Below are positions 37,561-47,912 of a DNA stretch of 50,629 nt, piece after piece (the stretch's first letter is position 1; each line of letters starts with the position of its first letter). The translations under genes and the position numbers were made by a program. The notes under the pieces are model-generated. The model did not search any database. It had not been told where the DNA came from and saw nothing but the letters and a program-made list of their open reading frames with translations. The stretch lies in sequence record SRR31156797_2106. One strand, written 5' to 3'.

Positions 37561-40500
37561 TTAGAATTTAATGTTTAAACCAATCAAATATGTTTTAATA
37601 TTTGGAATCCCATTATTGTCAACACCTGCAATAATTTTATTGTTATCTCTATCAGGATCAACATACTGTACTTCTGGATCTAAACCATCATACTTAGTGA
37701 ATGTGAATGGGTTTCTAGCTTGTACATATAATCTTAATGACTCAACATATGGAATCTTAACAGCTTCAAAGTTATAGCCTAATGTAATGTCAGTAATTCT
37801 TAAATAATCAGCATCTTCCAGATATCTCGAAGATCTTCTCAAGTTCCAAGAAGAAATATCTGAACTTAAGTGAGGTCTTGGATTCTCAGCATTTACATTA
37901 GTTGGAGTCCAATAATCCATCATATCATCAATCATATTGTTTGAGAATGAAGGGTGTCCTGTTGCTCCACCATTTAATGCATCTTCTTTATACATTGCGT
38001 AAACACGCTTACCTATAGAAAATTGACCGTTAATTCCTAAATCAAATCCTTTGTATTCTAAACGAGTATGAATACCACCATACATTGGAGCTACACCACC
38101 ATCAAATACTTTTCTATCTTCATCATCAATAGCACCATCACCATTCTGGTCAACATAAATCATATCACCAGCTTGAACAGTTTTTGTTACATTTCCGTCT
38201 GCATCCTTGTACTGGAAAGTTTCTTTAGCAACTCCTGCTGATTCGATCAAATAGAATGAACCTAAACTTTCGCCTTCTTTAACAATAGAAGTAAATCCTG
38301 TAGTGTAATAATCTTTATTAGTACCAATTTCGATAACCTCATTCTTATTGTATGAGAAGTTACCACCAATACTCCATTTTAGTTCAGAATCTCTTAAAAT
38401 TTCAACATCTGCAGCAATTTCAAAACCTTTATTTGAAATCTCACCAGAGTTAGATTTCATAGTTCTAAATCCAGTCTCTTGTACAACAGCAATATCAAAC
38501 AATAAATCTTCAGTTGTTTTGTCATAAGCATCAACAACAAGATTTACTCTTTCATCAAATAATGAAATATCTAAACCAAGGTTGATAGATTTCCCCTTTT
38601 CCCAGTGTAAATCAGGATTATATAATTGAGAAGATGCTAAACCAGGATTCTGATTATAGTTATATCCTGAGCCTAATAAATCTTGACCAGTTGCGTAACT
38701 AATTCCTGATTGGTTACCTGTGAAACCAAAAGAAGCTCTTAATTTCAAGTTGTCAATAAAGCTAACATCAAAGAAATCTTCATTAGACACATTCCAACCT
38801 GCAGATACAGCAGGGAAAGAACCCCATTTATTACCATCAGCAAACTTCGATGATCCATCGCGACGCATAGATATCATCAAGTTATATTTGTTATCCCATG
38901 ATAATTGCAATCTAGTAAAATAAGACTCCAATGCCATTGCTCTATAATAACTACGGCCTTTGTTAATCTCACCTGCAGAACTTAACCATCTTAAATCACT
39001 TGATGGAAAGTTTTCTCCTTGCACATACGAATCTTCGAATCTCCACTCTTGGAATGAGTGCCCTGCCATTAACGTATATTTCAACTTATTATCAAACAAG
39101 CGACCTGAATACGTAAATGTATTTTCAATTAAGAAATCTCTATTATTTGTTGTTGAATAGTATCCATATCCCCAAGGTTCACCATCACCGTTTTCACCTC
39201 TTTTTGTATTAGGAGCATCGTAACGATTATATCTGTTATTAGAAATATTTCCACTTGCAGATGAATGCCATGTTAATCCATCAATAGGAGTAAAATCAAA
39301 ATAGAAAGTTGCCCCAATATTTTGCCATTTGCTGCTTAATTGTCTTTCGAATGCAAACAATGGATTCACAAAATTATAGCGACCTAATTTACCATTTTCA
39401 TCATAAGGACTAGCCATTGGACTTGCATTATGAGCAGCATTCCATGGCTGATAAGTATTGTTATCTTCTTCCAATGGTACTGACTCAGAAGCAGAAAAAT
39501 ATGACTGGATACCAATTTTAAACTTATCACTTACACGATGATCTAAATTCGCTTTAGTTCTAAACTTCTTATAAGAATCCATTTTAATAACACCATCTTG
39601 TTCAAACATAGATCCAGAAAGATAGAATCTTGTGTTATCCGACCCACCACTAATACTAACCTGATGTTTCTGAACTTTAGAGGTATTTCTCAATACTAAA
39701 TCAATCCAATCTGTATCATATGGACTTGATCCCATAGGAGTAAGTACACTTGGATCCTTAGGAGCAGATAATAGTCCTGATGCAATATCAGCTTCATAGT
39801 TCATACGAGCTGCATCATGTATTTCTTTATACTCGGCAGCATTCAATAAGTTTGGTTTTTTAATCAAATCTTGAATACCAAATGAAGAGTTAACTGAAAT
39901 AACAGTTTTTGAATCATAACTACCTCTCTTGGTTTGGATTAACACAACACCATTTGAAGCTCTAGAACCGTAAATAGCAGTTGATGCAGCATCTTTTAAT
40001 ACTTCCATGCTCTCAATATCTTCAGGTGAAATATTACCCATTGTTTCCTGAGCAACACCGTCAATTACATAAAGAACGTCATTCGAAGCACTTAAAGAAC
40101 CATTACCACGAACAGATATTTGAGTTGCATCACCAGCTCGACCACTAGTACTTACAATCTGTACACCAGCAACCTTCCCCTGCAAGGCTTGAGCTACAGA
40201 AGCAACTGGTTTATCCATTAACTCTTCTGAATCAACAGAAGCAACAGAACCTGTTAACTCACTCTTTTTTACCGTTCCATAACCTACAACTACAACTTCA
40301 TCCATACCGAAGGTTTCAGATTCCATTACAACATTAATAGTTGCTGTAGTTATATTTATTTCTTGCATTTGCATTCCTACAAAAGAAAAAACCAATGCTT
40401 TTTCACCTTCAGGAACGTTTATCGAATATTTTCCATCAAGATCAGTAGTGGTACCGATGGTCGTACCCTTAATAATTACAGAAACACCAGGAATCGACAA

Positions 40501-40608
40501 CCCATCTTCGGCTGAAGTTACTACCCCTGAAATTTCTCGACTTTGAGCTAGAACGCCCTGTAATCCTATAAAGAATAGGATTAACATCGAAACTAAACTT
40601 TTTTTCAT
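37561..40608 (-). CDS. SusC/RagA family TonB-dependent transporter
   Basis: DEVVVVGYG, LYVIDG, EVLKDAASTAIYGSRASNGVVLI, KLRASFG, LHWEK, C-terminal F. Confidence 0.96.
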   Translation of the reverse strand: MKKSLVSMLILFFIGLQGVLAQSREISGVVTSAEDGLSIPGVSVIIKGTTIGTTTDLDGKYSINVPEGEKALVFSFVGMQMQEINITTATINVVMESETFGMDEVVVVGYGTVKKSELTGSVASVDSEELMDKPVASVAQALQGKVAGVQIVSTSGRAGDATQISVRGNGSLSASNDVLYVIDGVAQETMGNISPEDIESMEVLKDAASTAIYGSRASNGVVLIQTKRGSYDSKTVISVNSSFGIQDLIKKPNLLNAAEYKEIHDAARMNYEADIASGLLSAPKDPSVLTPMGSSPYDTDWIDLVLRNTSKVQKHQVSISGGSDNTRFYLSGSMFEQDGVIKMDSYKKFRTKANLDHRVSDKFKIGIQSYFSASESVPLEEDNNTYQPWNAAHNASPMASPYDENGKLGRYNFVNPLFAFERQLSSKWQNIGATFYFDFTPIDGLTWHSSASGNISNNRYNRYDAPNTKRGENGDGEPWGYGYYSTTNNRDFLIENTFTYSGRLFDNKLKYTLMAGHSFQEWRFEDSYVQGENFPSSDLRWLSSAGEINKGRSYYRAMALESYFTRLQLSWDNKYNLMISMRRDGSSKFADGNKWGSFPAVSAGWNVSNEDFFDVSFIDNLKLRASFGFTGNQSGISYATGQDLLGSGYNYNQNPGLASSQLYNPDLHWEKGKSINLGLDISLFDERVNLVVDAYDKTTEDLLFDIAVVQETGFRTMKSNSGEISNKGFEIAADVEILRDSELKWSIGGNFSYNKNEVIEIGTNKDYYTTGFTSIVKEGESLGSFYLIESAGVAKETFQYKDADGNVTKTVQAGDMIYVDQNGDGAIDDEDRKVFDGGVAPMYGGIHTRLEYKGFDLGINGQFSIGKRVYAMYKEDALNGGATGHPSFSNNMIDDMMDYWTPTNVNAENPRPHLSSDISSWNLRRSSRYLEDADYLRITDITLGYNFEAVKIPYVESLRLYVQARNPFTFTKYDGLDPEVQYVDPDRDNNKIIAGVDNNGIPNIKTYLIGLNIKF

Positions 40609-41068
40609 AAATTTTTAGTTAGTGGTTAATTAACAATTAATACACATCTATAATATACTCCGTGCATCTTAAATAAATATTTAAGATGTTAGAAAGAATA
40701 TGCTCCCTTTAGAATTGAACTTTCTTATGATTTATAAAAATATTAATTCAATAATATTTTTTTTAAAATCAATTATCCAGATTTATAAATACCCCTATCC
40801 TAAATCTGGTTTGTCAAAAGTGTGAAAAAATCTTAAAAAAACAAACATTTATTTACGTAAACCTTTTAAATCTAAATAAAAACGATCCTCGTTAATTATA
40901 ATTTCTTAATATCTGACCAATAATAATAACAAATTAGAAGTCAACTACCACATTGATTTTCAGTTTTATTCACGTTAACGTTTGCGAAACTTTTTTACAG
41001 CATCAATTGATTTTACAGTCCAAAATTATTTTTACTTATCTTTGTATTTATAATTAAACTAAATAACA

Positions 41069-41602
41069 ATGGCTATCATTAGAGATTTGAATGGAAAATC
41101 CCCACAATTTGGTGAGAATTGCTTTTTGGCAGAGAATGCGGCAATTATAGGAAATGTTGAGATGGGGAATAACTGCAGTATTTGGTACAGCGCAGTATTA
41201 CGTGGGGATGTACATTACATTAAACTAGGTAACAACGTTAACATACAAGATAACGCAACAATTCATGCTACATATAAAAAATCACCAACTAATATTGGCA
41301 ACAATGTTTCTATTGCACACAATGCAGTAGTTCATGGCTGTACAATTAAGGATAATGTTTTGATTGGTATGGGCGCAGTGGTTCTTGACAATGCAATCGT
41401 AGAAAGTAATTCTATAATTGCTGCAGGTGCAGTTGTTACCAAAGGAACACATGTTGAATCAGGAAGTGTTTATGCCGGATCTCCAGCAAAAAAAATTAAA
41501 GAAATTAGCCCTGAATTATTAGAGGGAGAAATTAACAGAATTGCAAATAGCTATGCAATGTATGCCAGCTGGTATCAAACTGACGAAAAAATTGCAGAAT
41601 AA
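41069..41602 (+). CDS. Gamma carbonic anhydrase family protein (hexapeptide repeat)
   Basis: AVLRGDV, NIQDNATIH, AHNAVVHGC, YAGSPAK; -7 box TATCTTTG at 41037-41044. Confidence 0.92.
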   Translation: MAIIRDLNGKSPQFGENCFLAENAAIIGNVEMGNNCSIWYSAVLRGDVHYIKLGNNVNIQDNATIHATYKKSPTNIGNNVSIAHNAVVHGCTIKDNVLIGMGAVVLDNAIVESNSIIAAGAVVTKGTHVESGSVYAGSPAKKIKEISPELLEGEINRIANSYAMYASWYQTDEKIAE

Positions 41603-41655
41603 AATATCACTTTTGTCAAGTTTGTAAATAGATTAACACATTTCATAAATTACAC

Positions 41656-41687
41656 AAAAACCAGTTGAAATTATTCAACTGGTTTTT
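41656..41687. terminator. Bidirectional terminator
   Basis: AAAAACCAGTTGAA / TTCAACTGGTTTTT 14-bp stem. Confidence 0.88.
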
Positions 41688-42513
41688 AGTAACTAATATG
41701 TTGAGCTTTTAAATTTTTATTCAAAAATCGACTTGCTTTTTCTTCAAAACTATCTACAAATTCCGTTGTCAAAAATTCTCTTTCACCATTTTTAGAACAT
41801 CGCACCTCCATTTCAGGATGACGTTTTAAGTAATCTTTAAGACTTTTTGCAACAATCTCCCCCTGCGATATTAAATTTATATTATCAGGCAAATAACGTC
41901 TTATCTCATCCTTTAATATAGGATAATGCGTACAGCCTAAAACAATAGTGTCAATCTGTGAGTCCTTTGACTGTAAGTTCTCTATATTTTTTTTGATAAA
42001 GTACCTTCCTCCGGAAGTAGTAAACTCATTGTTCTCTACCAAAGGAACCCACATTGGACATGCTTCCTGCACAACCTTTATTTCAGGATAAAGCTTCTCT
42101 ATCTCTAACGGGTATGAATTGGATCGAACAGTCCCAACGGTGCCTAATACTCCCACATGTTTTGTTTGAGTTAATGATCCCAATTCTTCTACGCTAGGTC
42201 TTATTACGCCTAACACCCGTTTATTTGGATCAATTTTTGGAAGATCCTTTTGTTGAATAGTTCGAAGAGCTTTTGCCGAGGCAGTATTGCAGGCTAAAAT
42301 AACCAATTCACATCCCATCGAGAAAAGCTGTTTAACTGCCTGTAAAGTGTAATCGTAAACAACATCATACGAACGCGTTCCATATGGACTTCTAGCATTG
42401 TCGCCAAGGTAAATAAAGTCATATTCAGGTAATTCTTTCAAAAGCTCATTTAAAATGGTTAAACCACCATATCCTGAATCAAAAACCCCTATAGGTTGCT
42501 TATAATCGATCAT
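41686..42513 (-). CDS. murI: Glutamate racemase
   Basis: Likely start MIDYKQPIGVFDSGYGG at 42513; ACNTAS and LGCTHY catalytic cysteines. Confidence 0.96.
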   Translation of the reverse strand: MIDYKQPIGVFDSGYGGLTILNELLKELPEYDFIYLGDNARSPYGTRSYDVVYDYTLQAVKQLFSMGCELVILACNTASAKALRTIQQKDLPKIDPNKRVLGVIRPSVEELGSLTQTKHVGVLGTVGTVRSNSYPLEIEKLYPEIKVVQEACPMWVPLVENNEFTTSGGRYFIKKNIENLQSKDSQIDTIVLGCTHYPILKDEIRRYLPDNINLISQGEIVAKSLKDYLKRHPEMEVRCSKNGEREFLTTEFVDSFEEKASRFLNKNLKAQHISY

Positions 42514-42556
42514 ATATTTTTTGCTTATACTAACTAGTACATCATGATGTAAAAAT

Positions 42557-42588
42557 AAAAAAGGTGGTATTAAAATACCACCTTTTTT
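42557..42588 (-). terminator. Terminator between skp and murI
   Basis: AAAAAAGGTGGTAT / ATACCACCTTTTTT stem. Confidence 0.8.
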
Positions 42589-42607
42589 AAATATATCTTG
42601 TAAAAGA

Positions 42608-43123
42608 CTATTGAATTCCAAGCTTCGCTTTTACTAAAGGCATTACATCAACACTATTATCAGAGAAATGTAAAATTACTCCAGTACTAATATCAAATAC
42701 GTAAGTAAAACCGTTTTCAGCACCAACATCTTTAATCGCTTTCGAAGCTTTATCAAAAATAGGCTTTAATAACTCATTTTGAGTTTTTTGAAGCTCTTGC
42801 TGTGCAAAACCATCAAATGTTTGCATACGATTTTGTAAATCCTGAATTTCTTTTTCTTTAGTTGCTCTTAAAGCTTCAGATAGAGTTTCTCTTTGCTCAA
42901 CATATGAATTAACAAGAGTTTGATACTCTTCTCTCATTGCTTTAATTTGATTATCATATTCTGCCGCTTTAGCTTGTATTTGCTTTTGAGCTTCTGCTTT
43001 TTCAGGCATTATTGATAATAACTTATTAGAATCGATATGACCAAATTTTGCTGTTTGTGCAAATAGGTTTGCTCCTGTAAAAAGGAAAATGGCTACTAAT
43101 GTAACTTTTAAAAATTGTCTCAT
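42608..43123 (-). CDS. OmpH/Skp periplasmic chaperone
   Basis: Signal peptide, KFGHIDS, coiled coil, GFTYVFD, VKAKLG; downstream of bamA. Confidence 0.92.
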   Translation of the reverse strand: MRQFLKVTLVAIFLFTGANLFAQTAKFGHIDSNKLLSIMPEKAEAQKQIQAKAAEYDNQIKAMREEYQTLVNSYVEQRETLSEALRATKEKEIQDLQNRMQTFDGFAQQELQKTQNELLKPIFDKASKAIKDVGAENGFTYVFDISTGVILHFSDNSVDVMPLVKAKLGIQ

Positions 43124-43154
43124 AGTATACTCAGTTAGTTTTTTATTTGAAATT

Positions 43155-43676
43155 TTAATTAGTTCTTATTCCCAATTTATACAGTACTTTATCACTCAAA
43201 TCAAATTTAGAGTTACTGTATATTATTGCTGGTCCATTAGCACGATCAATAATCATACCATAACTTCCAGACTTCGCTATCTCTTTGATTGCCTCATAGA
43301 TATCATCCTGAATTGGTTTCATCAATTCCTGACGTTTCTTATAAAGCTCTCCATTACGACCAAAATATCTTTGTTGAAGTTTTTGAGCCATCATTTCTTT
43401 ATCATGAATCTCTTTCTCTCTTTGTTGTCTCATTTCTGATGATAGAAAAACCTCATCAGCTCTGAATTTTGCATGAAGATCTTTTATCTCAACACTGATA
43501 GTTTCAATTTCTTTTTGCCACTGAATGGATACTTTATCCAATTGCTCTTGAGCATTTTTATAGTCTGGCATCTTATTCAAGATGTATTCAGTATCAACAA
43601 ATCCATATCGCGATTGAGAATACGAACTCCCAAAACTAAAAAATATAACCGCAAGTAAGAATAGTAAACGTTTCAT
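43155..43676 (-). CDS. OmpH/Skp periplasmic chaperone
   Basis: Likely start MKRLL at 43676; GFVDTEYIL, GELYKKRQELMKPIQD, DLSDKVL. Confidence 0.92.
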   Translation of the reverse strand: MKRLLFLLAVIFFSFGSSYSQSRYGFVDTEYILNKMPDYKNAQEQLDKVSIQWQKEIETISVEIKDLHAKFRADEVFLSSEMRQQREKEIHDKEMMAQKLQQRYFGRNGELYKKRQELMKPIQDDIYEAIKEIAKSGSYGMIIDRANGPAIIYSNSKFDLSDKVLYKLGIRTN

Positions 43677-43751
43677 AATAATTTGTTTTGCAATCAAACT
43701 CTAAATTAACTTAAATTAATTCAGCTCCCAAGAGCCTCTACTTAAAATATG

Positions 43752-46259
43752 TTAAAATTGTTGACCAATTACAAAATGGAACTGACCACCGTTCTGTCCA
43801 GATAGATTAGCATTATCGAATCCATATCCATAGTCGATACCAAGTAATCCGAACATAGGTAGGAAGATTCTAAGACCAACACCTGCAGAACGTTTCAAGT
43901 TAAATGGTTGAAATTCTTCAAAATCGTACCAGGCATTACCTGCTTCGGCAAAAGCCAGTGCATAAATCGTAGCAGATTGACTTAACGATAATGGATATCT
44001 AATCTCAGCCGTGAATTTTGAATAAATATTTCCTCCCTTACGACGACCATCAGAAAATACTGGAGTTAATGAACCATTTTCATATCCTCTTAAACCTACA
44101 TTGTCACTTCCGTACATGCTATATCCCGACATACCGTCACCACCAACTTCGAATCCTTCGAATGGAGATCTTTTGTTTTTATCGTAATATCCCAAGTAAC
44201 CAAATTCAGCTCCTGTATATAATACTAACTTATCATTTTTTGACAATAGACCATTGTACATTTTTCCTTTAAACGTCCACTTATGATATTCAATCCATTT
44301 ATACAATTCTTCCTCGCTAGCACGAGAATAATCTAAATCTTCGAATAATGAATATGGAGGAGTAAATTTTAAACTCAGTGAGAATGAAGATCCCTTTCGA
44401 GTATACAATGGATTATCAATCGAACTTCTAGATAAAGTTGTAGTGAAACTAAAATTATTAGATGTACCATCAGAAATCAGATAGTATTGCCAGTTCTCTA
44501 AGTTAAAATTTTGATAACTTACTTCATTGTATAATGAGAAATAGTCATCTGGCCATTTTAATCTTCGTGCTAAACCAACACTTGCTCCGAAAATCTTCTG
44601 ACTCTGATCAGAACTATTCCCATATGTAGTATAATAGTTATAACTACTGCTATATCCCGACTGCTGCGAATAATATATCGATGTACTTAATGAGGTTGGT
44701 TTTTTACCACCCAACCATGGTTCTGTAAATGAAATACTATAGGAATTATAATAAGATCCATTGGTTTGTGCTCGAATACTTAAGGTTTGTCCATCACCTG
44801 TAGGAAGTGGACTCCATGCTTTTTTATTGAAAATATTTCGTATGGAAAAATTAGAAAATCGAAGACCAACAGTACCAATAATCATACCAGCTCCCCAACC
44901 TCCGGAAAGTTCGATCTGATCATTTGCTTTTTCTTCAAGCTCGTAATTAATATCAACAGTACCACTTTCAGGGTGAGGTTTAATATCAGGATTAATAGCC
45001 TCAGGATCGAAGTGACCTAACTGAGCGAGCTCTCGCACACTACGAATGATATCTGATTTACTAAATAATTCGCCAGGATATGTATACAACTCTCGACGAG
45101 CAACATGCTCATGTGTTTTTGTATTACCAATTATATTTACACGATCGATTGTAGCTTGTTTTCCTTCAATCATTCTCATTTCAAGATTAATAGAATCCTT
45201 TCCTATAACCTTCTCAACTGGATTTACATTAAAAAACAAGTAACCTCTATCCAAATATAAGTTACTTACAGCATCATCATCCATACTTAATCTTTCATCC
45301 AAATAAGTCTGATTGTAAACATCACCCTTCTTTATCTTTAAAACTCTTTCCAAATCAAAAGATGTGTATACCGTGTTACCAACCCATGTAATATCATTAA
45401 AGAAGTATTGATTTCCTTCATTCAATTTTAAATAAATGTTAACACGATCTTCTGATACCTGTTCTACACTATCAGTAATAATAAGAGCATCTCTATACCC
45501 ATTTTCATTGTACTTAGAAATTAAGGTAATCTTATCTTCCTTCCAATTATCCTCAATATATTTTGAAGATTTAAAGAAATTTCTCAACCTTTTTTCTTTT
45601 GATTCTTTAATTGCCTTTTTTACTTTCTTATCAGATAAAGCAACATTTCCTTCAATAAAGATATTCTTAATCTTAATCTTATTATTTCTATCCATATTGA
45701 TATCGATGATAACGCTATTTTCCTCCGTAAGATCATCACGCTGCAACACATTTACATCAATATTATAAAAACCTTTTTCTTTAAAGTAATTTTCAACAAT
45801 TGTTTCAGTGTTTGCAATTAAAAAATCAGTAACCTGAGTTCCTTTTTGCAATTTCAATCGCTCTTTCAATTTATTTGTTTCACTTTTAGAAGTACCAATG
45901 TAATTTACTGATGATAACCTTGGACGTTCCTGAAGATGAATATTCAAATAAATCTTCTTATCAACTATCTTTGTAGCAGCAATCTGAATATCCGAAAATA
46001 AACCTTGCTTGTAAAGTTTATTAATTGCTTTTGTTACCTTTTCTCCTGGCACCTCAATTTGGGCCCCTTCTCGCAAACCAGATATTTGAACAAGTACGTT
46101 ACTTTCCAAATGCTTTACTCCTGTAACTGTTACGCCTCCCAATTCGTAGTTCTTGGGTGAAGAATATTGTAAAGTTGGATTAAAAATTGTATCAGTTTCC
46201 TGCGCTATGGCAGTGATACTTAAAAATAGAGTAAAAATGAAAGTTAATCGTTTAATCAT
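43752..46259 (-). CDS. bamA: Outer membrane protein assembly factor BamA
   Basis: POTRA repeats, ELSGGWG, FTEPW, LRGYE, C-terminal FHFVIGQQF. Confidence 0.96.
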   Translation of the reverse strand: MIKRLTFIFTLFLSITAIAQETDTIFNPTLQYSSPKNYELGGVTVTGVKHLESNVLVQISGLREGAQIEVPGEKVTKAINKLYKQGLFSDIQIAATKIVDKKIYLNIHLQERPRLSSVNYIGTSKSETNKLKERLKLQKGTQVTDFLIANTETIVENYFKEKGFYNIDVNVLQRDDLTEENSVIIDINMDRNNKIKIKNIFIEGNVALSDKKVKKAIKESKEKRLRNFFKSSKYIEDNWKEDKITLISKYNENGYRDALIITDSVEQVSEDRVNIYLKLNEGNQYFFNDITWVGNTVYTSFDLERVLKIKKGDVYNQTYLDERLSMDDDAVSNLYLDRGYLFFNVNPVEKVIGKDSINLEMRMIEGKQATIDRVNIIGNTKTHEHVARRELYTYPGELFSKSDIIRSVRELAQLGHFDPEAINPDIKPHPESGTVDINYELEEKANDQIELSGGWGAGMIIGTVGLRFSNFSIRNIFNKKAWSPLPTGDGQTLSIRAQTNGSYYNSYSISFTEPWLGGKKPTSLSTSIYYSQQSGYSSSYNYYTTYGNSSDQSQKIFGASVGLARRLKWPDDYFSLYNEVSYQNFNLENWQYYLISDGTSNNFSFTTTLSRSSIDNPLYTRKGSSFSLSLKFTPPYSLFEDLDYSRASEEELYKWIEYHKWTFKGKMYNGLLSKNDKLVLYTGAEFGYLGYYDKNKRSPFEGFEVGGDGMSGYSMYGSDNVGLRGYENGSLTPVFSDGRRKGGNIYSKFTAEIRYPLSLSQSATIYALAFAEAGNAWYDFEEFQPFNLKRSAGVGLRIFLPMFGLLGIDYGYGFDNANLSGQNGGQFHFVIGQQF

Positions 46260-46283
46260 TACTATCGTTATAATGGTTAATGC

Positions 46284-47030
46284 TTAATTATCGTTTAATT
46301 GTTCACTTGTTTTACCAAATCGCCTTTCGCGACTTTGGTAATTAAAAAGTGCCTTATATAGCTCTTCCTTTGTAAAGTCAGGCCAAAACAGATCCGTAAA
46401 ATACAGTTCTGAATAAGCCAACTGCCAAAGTAAAAAATTACTAATTCTATTCTCACCACTGGTTCTAATCATCAATTCCGGATCTGGAATTCCACTGGTT
46501 GTAAGATGGTTTTCAAAAATAGATTCATTAACATCCTCTGGAGCTAAATCGCCAGAATGAACCTTTTCTGCAATCTTACCAACTGCATTCATAATCTCCC
46601 AACGAGAACTATAACTTAAAGCTAACACCAAGGTTAAGCCGGTATTTTTCGCTGTATTGTCAATTGTTCCTTGTAATTTCTCTCTTACCTCTTCTGGTAA
46701 ACTCTCTAAATCTCCAATTGCCTTTAATCGAACATTGTTCTTCATTAAAGTTGGAGTTTCATTCTCTATCGCCTCAACAAGCAAAGACATTAATCCCAAA
46801 ACCTCATCCTGAGGACGATTCCAATTCTCTGTGGAAAAAGCATAAAGAGTGAGATAAGAAATCCCTAATTCAGCAGCACCTTCTACTGTTTGGCGAACTG
46901 CCTCAACGCCATTCTGATGTCCAATTATTCTATGTTCGCCGCGCATCTTTGCCCAACGACCATTTCCATCCATAATTATTGCCAAATGATTCGGCAATCG
47001 TTCTTTTATGATTTTATCTTTGAATGACAT
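46284..47030 (-). CDS. uppS: Undecaprenyl diphosphate synthase (isoprenyl transferase)
   Basis: [40 protein letters not shown]. Confidence 0.96.
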   Translation of the reverse strand: MSFKDKIIKERLPNHLAIIMDGNGRWAKMRGEHRIIGHQNGVEAVRQTVEGAAELGISYLTLYAFSTENWNRPQDEVLGLMSLLVEAIENETPTLMKNNVRLKAIGDLESLPEEVREKLQGTIDNTAKNTGLTLVLALSYSSRWEIMNAVGKIAEKVHSGDLAPEDVNESIFENHLTTSGIPDPELMIRTSGENRISNFLLWQLAYSELYFTDLFWPDFTKEELYKALFNYQSRERRFGKTSEQLNDN

Positions 47031-47033
47031 ATA

Positions 47034-47699
47034 TTATTTTACAAATCGACCGTATGAATGACACTCCTCATTATCTGGAAACAGTTTATAACTAATCATG
47101 ATTCCGAAAAAGGATGCCCAATCGTTATTGTGCATTAAATTGCTTTCGTTAAAATTATTTGGATCATCTAAATGATCCAGATCATCGGTGAAAGTTTTCC
47201 TAAAACTCCACTCCAATGCGGCAGTCCATCTACCTCCAAGATTGTATTTAAACCCAGCTCCCATAGGTATGGTGAACGAGGATTCTGTACTACTTGGAGC
47301 TATATATCCAATACCTGCTGTTACATAAGGCACCAGCCTTTTTGTTTTCGATTTTCCTGGTGACCAAAAAGGTTGAAAGTTAAATTCACCTTGTAAGGAC
47401 AAATCAACCAAATCAGTATCAAAAGACGCTCCTCTACTTTGCTGGTATTGATTTTTAAAATCTCTATCGTCTCCACTTAATCCAGAGAAAATCATGCCAG
47501 CTCTAAGGGAATATCGAGAATTAAAATTGTATCGATAAATTCCTCCTATAGCAACTGAGCTTGAATAAAAATGGTAAGTTGGATTGATATCGCCCATGTA
47601 ATAGCCAACACCTCCATAAAAACCTATTTCTGCTTTGGTTTGCGTAAATGCCGTACTACTAACGACTAAAAACAGTATTCCCAAAATCAGTTTATGCAT
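47034..47699 (-). CDS. porG: DUF6089 / T9SS PorG-like outer membrane beta-barrel
   Basis: Likely start MHKLIL at 47699; GGVGYYMGDIN, YRYNFNSR, FTDDLD, NNDW; conserved position between nadK and uppS. Confidence 0.75.
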   Translation of the reverse strand: MHKLILGILFLVVSSTAFTQTKAEIGFYGGVGYYMGDINPTYHFYSSSVAIGGIYRYNFNSRYSLRAGMIFSGLSGDDRDFKNQYQQSRGASFDTDLVDLSLQGEFNFQPFWSPGKSKTKRLVPYVTAGIGYIAPSSTESSFTIPMGAGFKYNLGGRWTAALEWSFRKTFTDDLDHLDDPNNFNESNLMHNNDWASFFGIMISYKLFPDNEECHSYGRFVK

Positions 47700-47912
47700 G
47701 AACAGCAGTTTGTTTTTTTTCTCCATGTAAATGAATTCGTTTTTCATGTTCAAATCCCTATAACCATTGATATGATTAGGATACAATCACCCTAAATTCA
47801 TTCACAAGCTACAAAAGTAACATATAATCTTAAAAAACCTTATTTCAGAAGTAAAATTAAATGAGTCTTCCGTTAAATTTTGTTAAAATGAAAATCAATG
47901 TATTTGAGATTA

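Noticed and set aside
42514-42621. N-terminal extension of MurI in the ORF track
   Set aside because: Runs through a terminator hairpin and overlaps the skp stop; the homologous start is MIDYKQPIG at 42513.
47700-47786. N-terminal extension of the PorG-like ORF
   Set aside because: The signal peptide begins at MHKLIL (47699); the upstream in-frame ATGs are probably untranslated leader.
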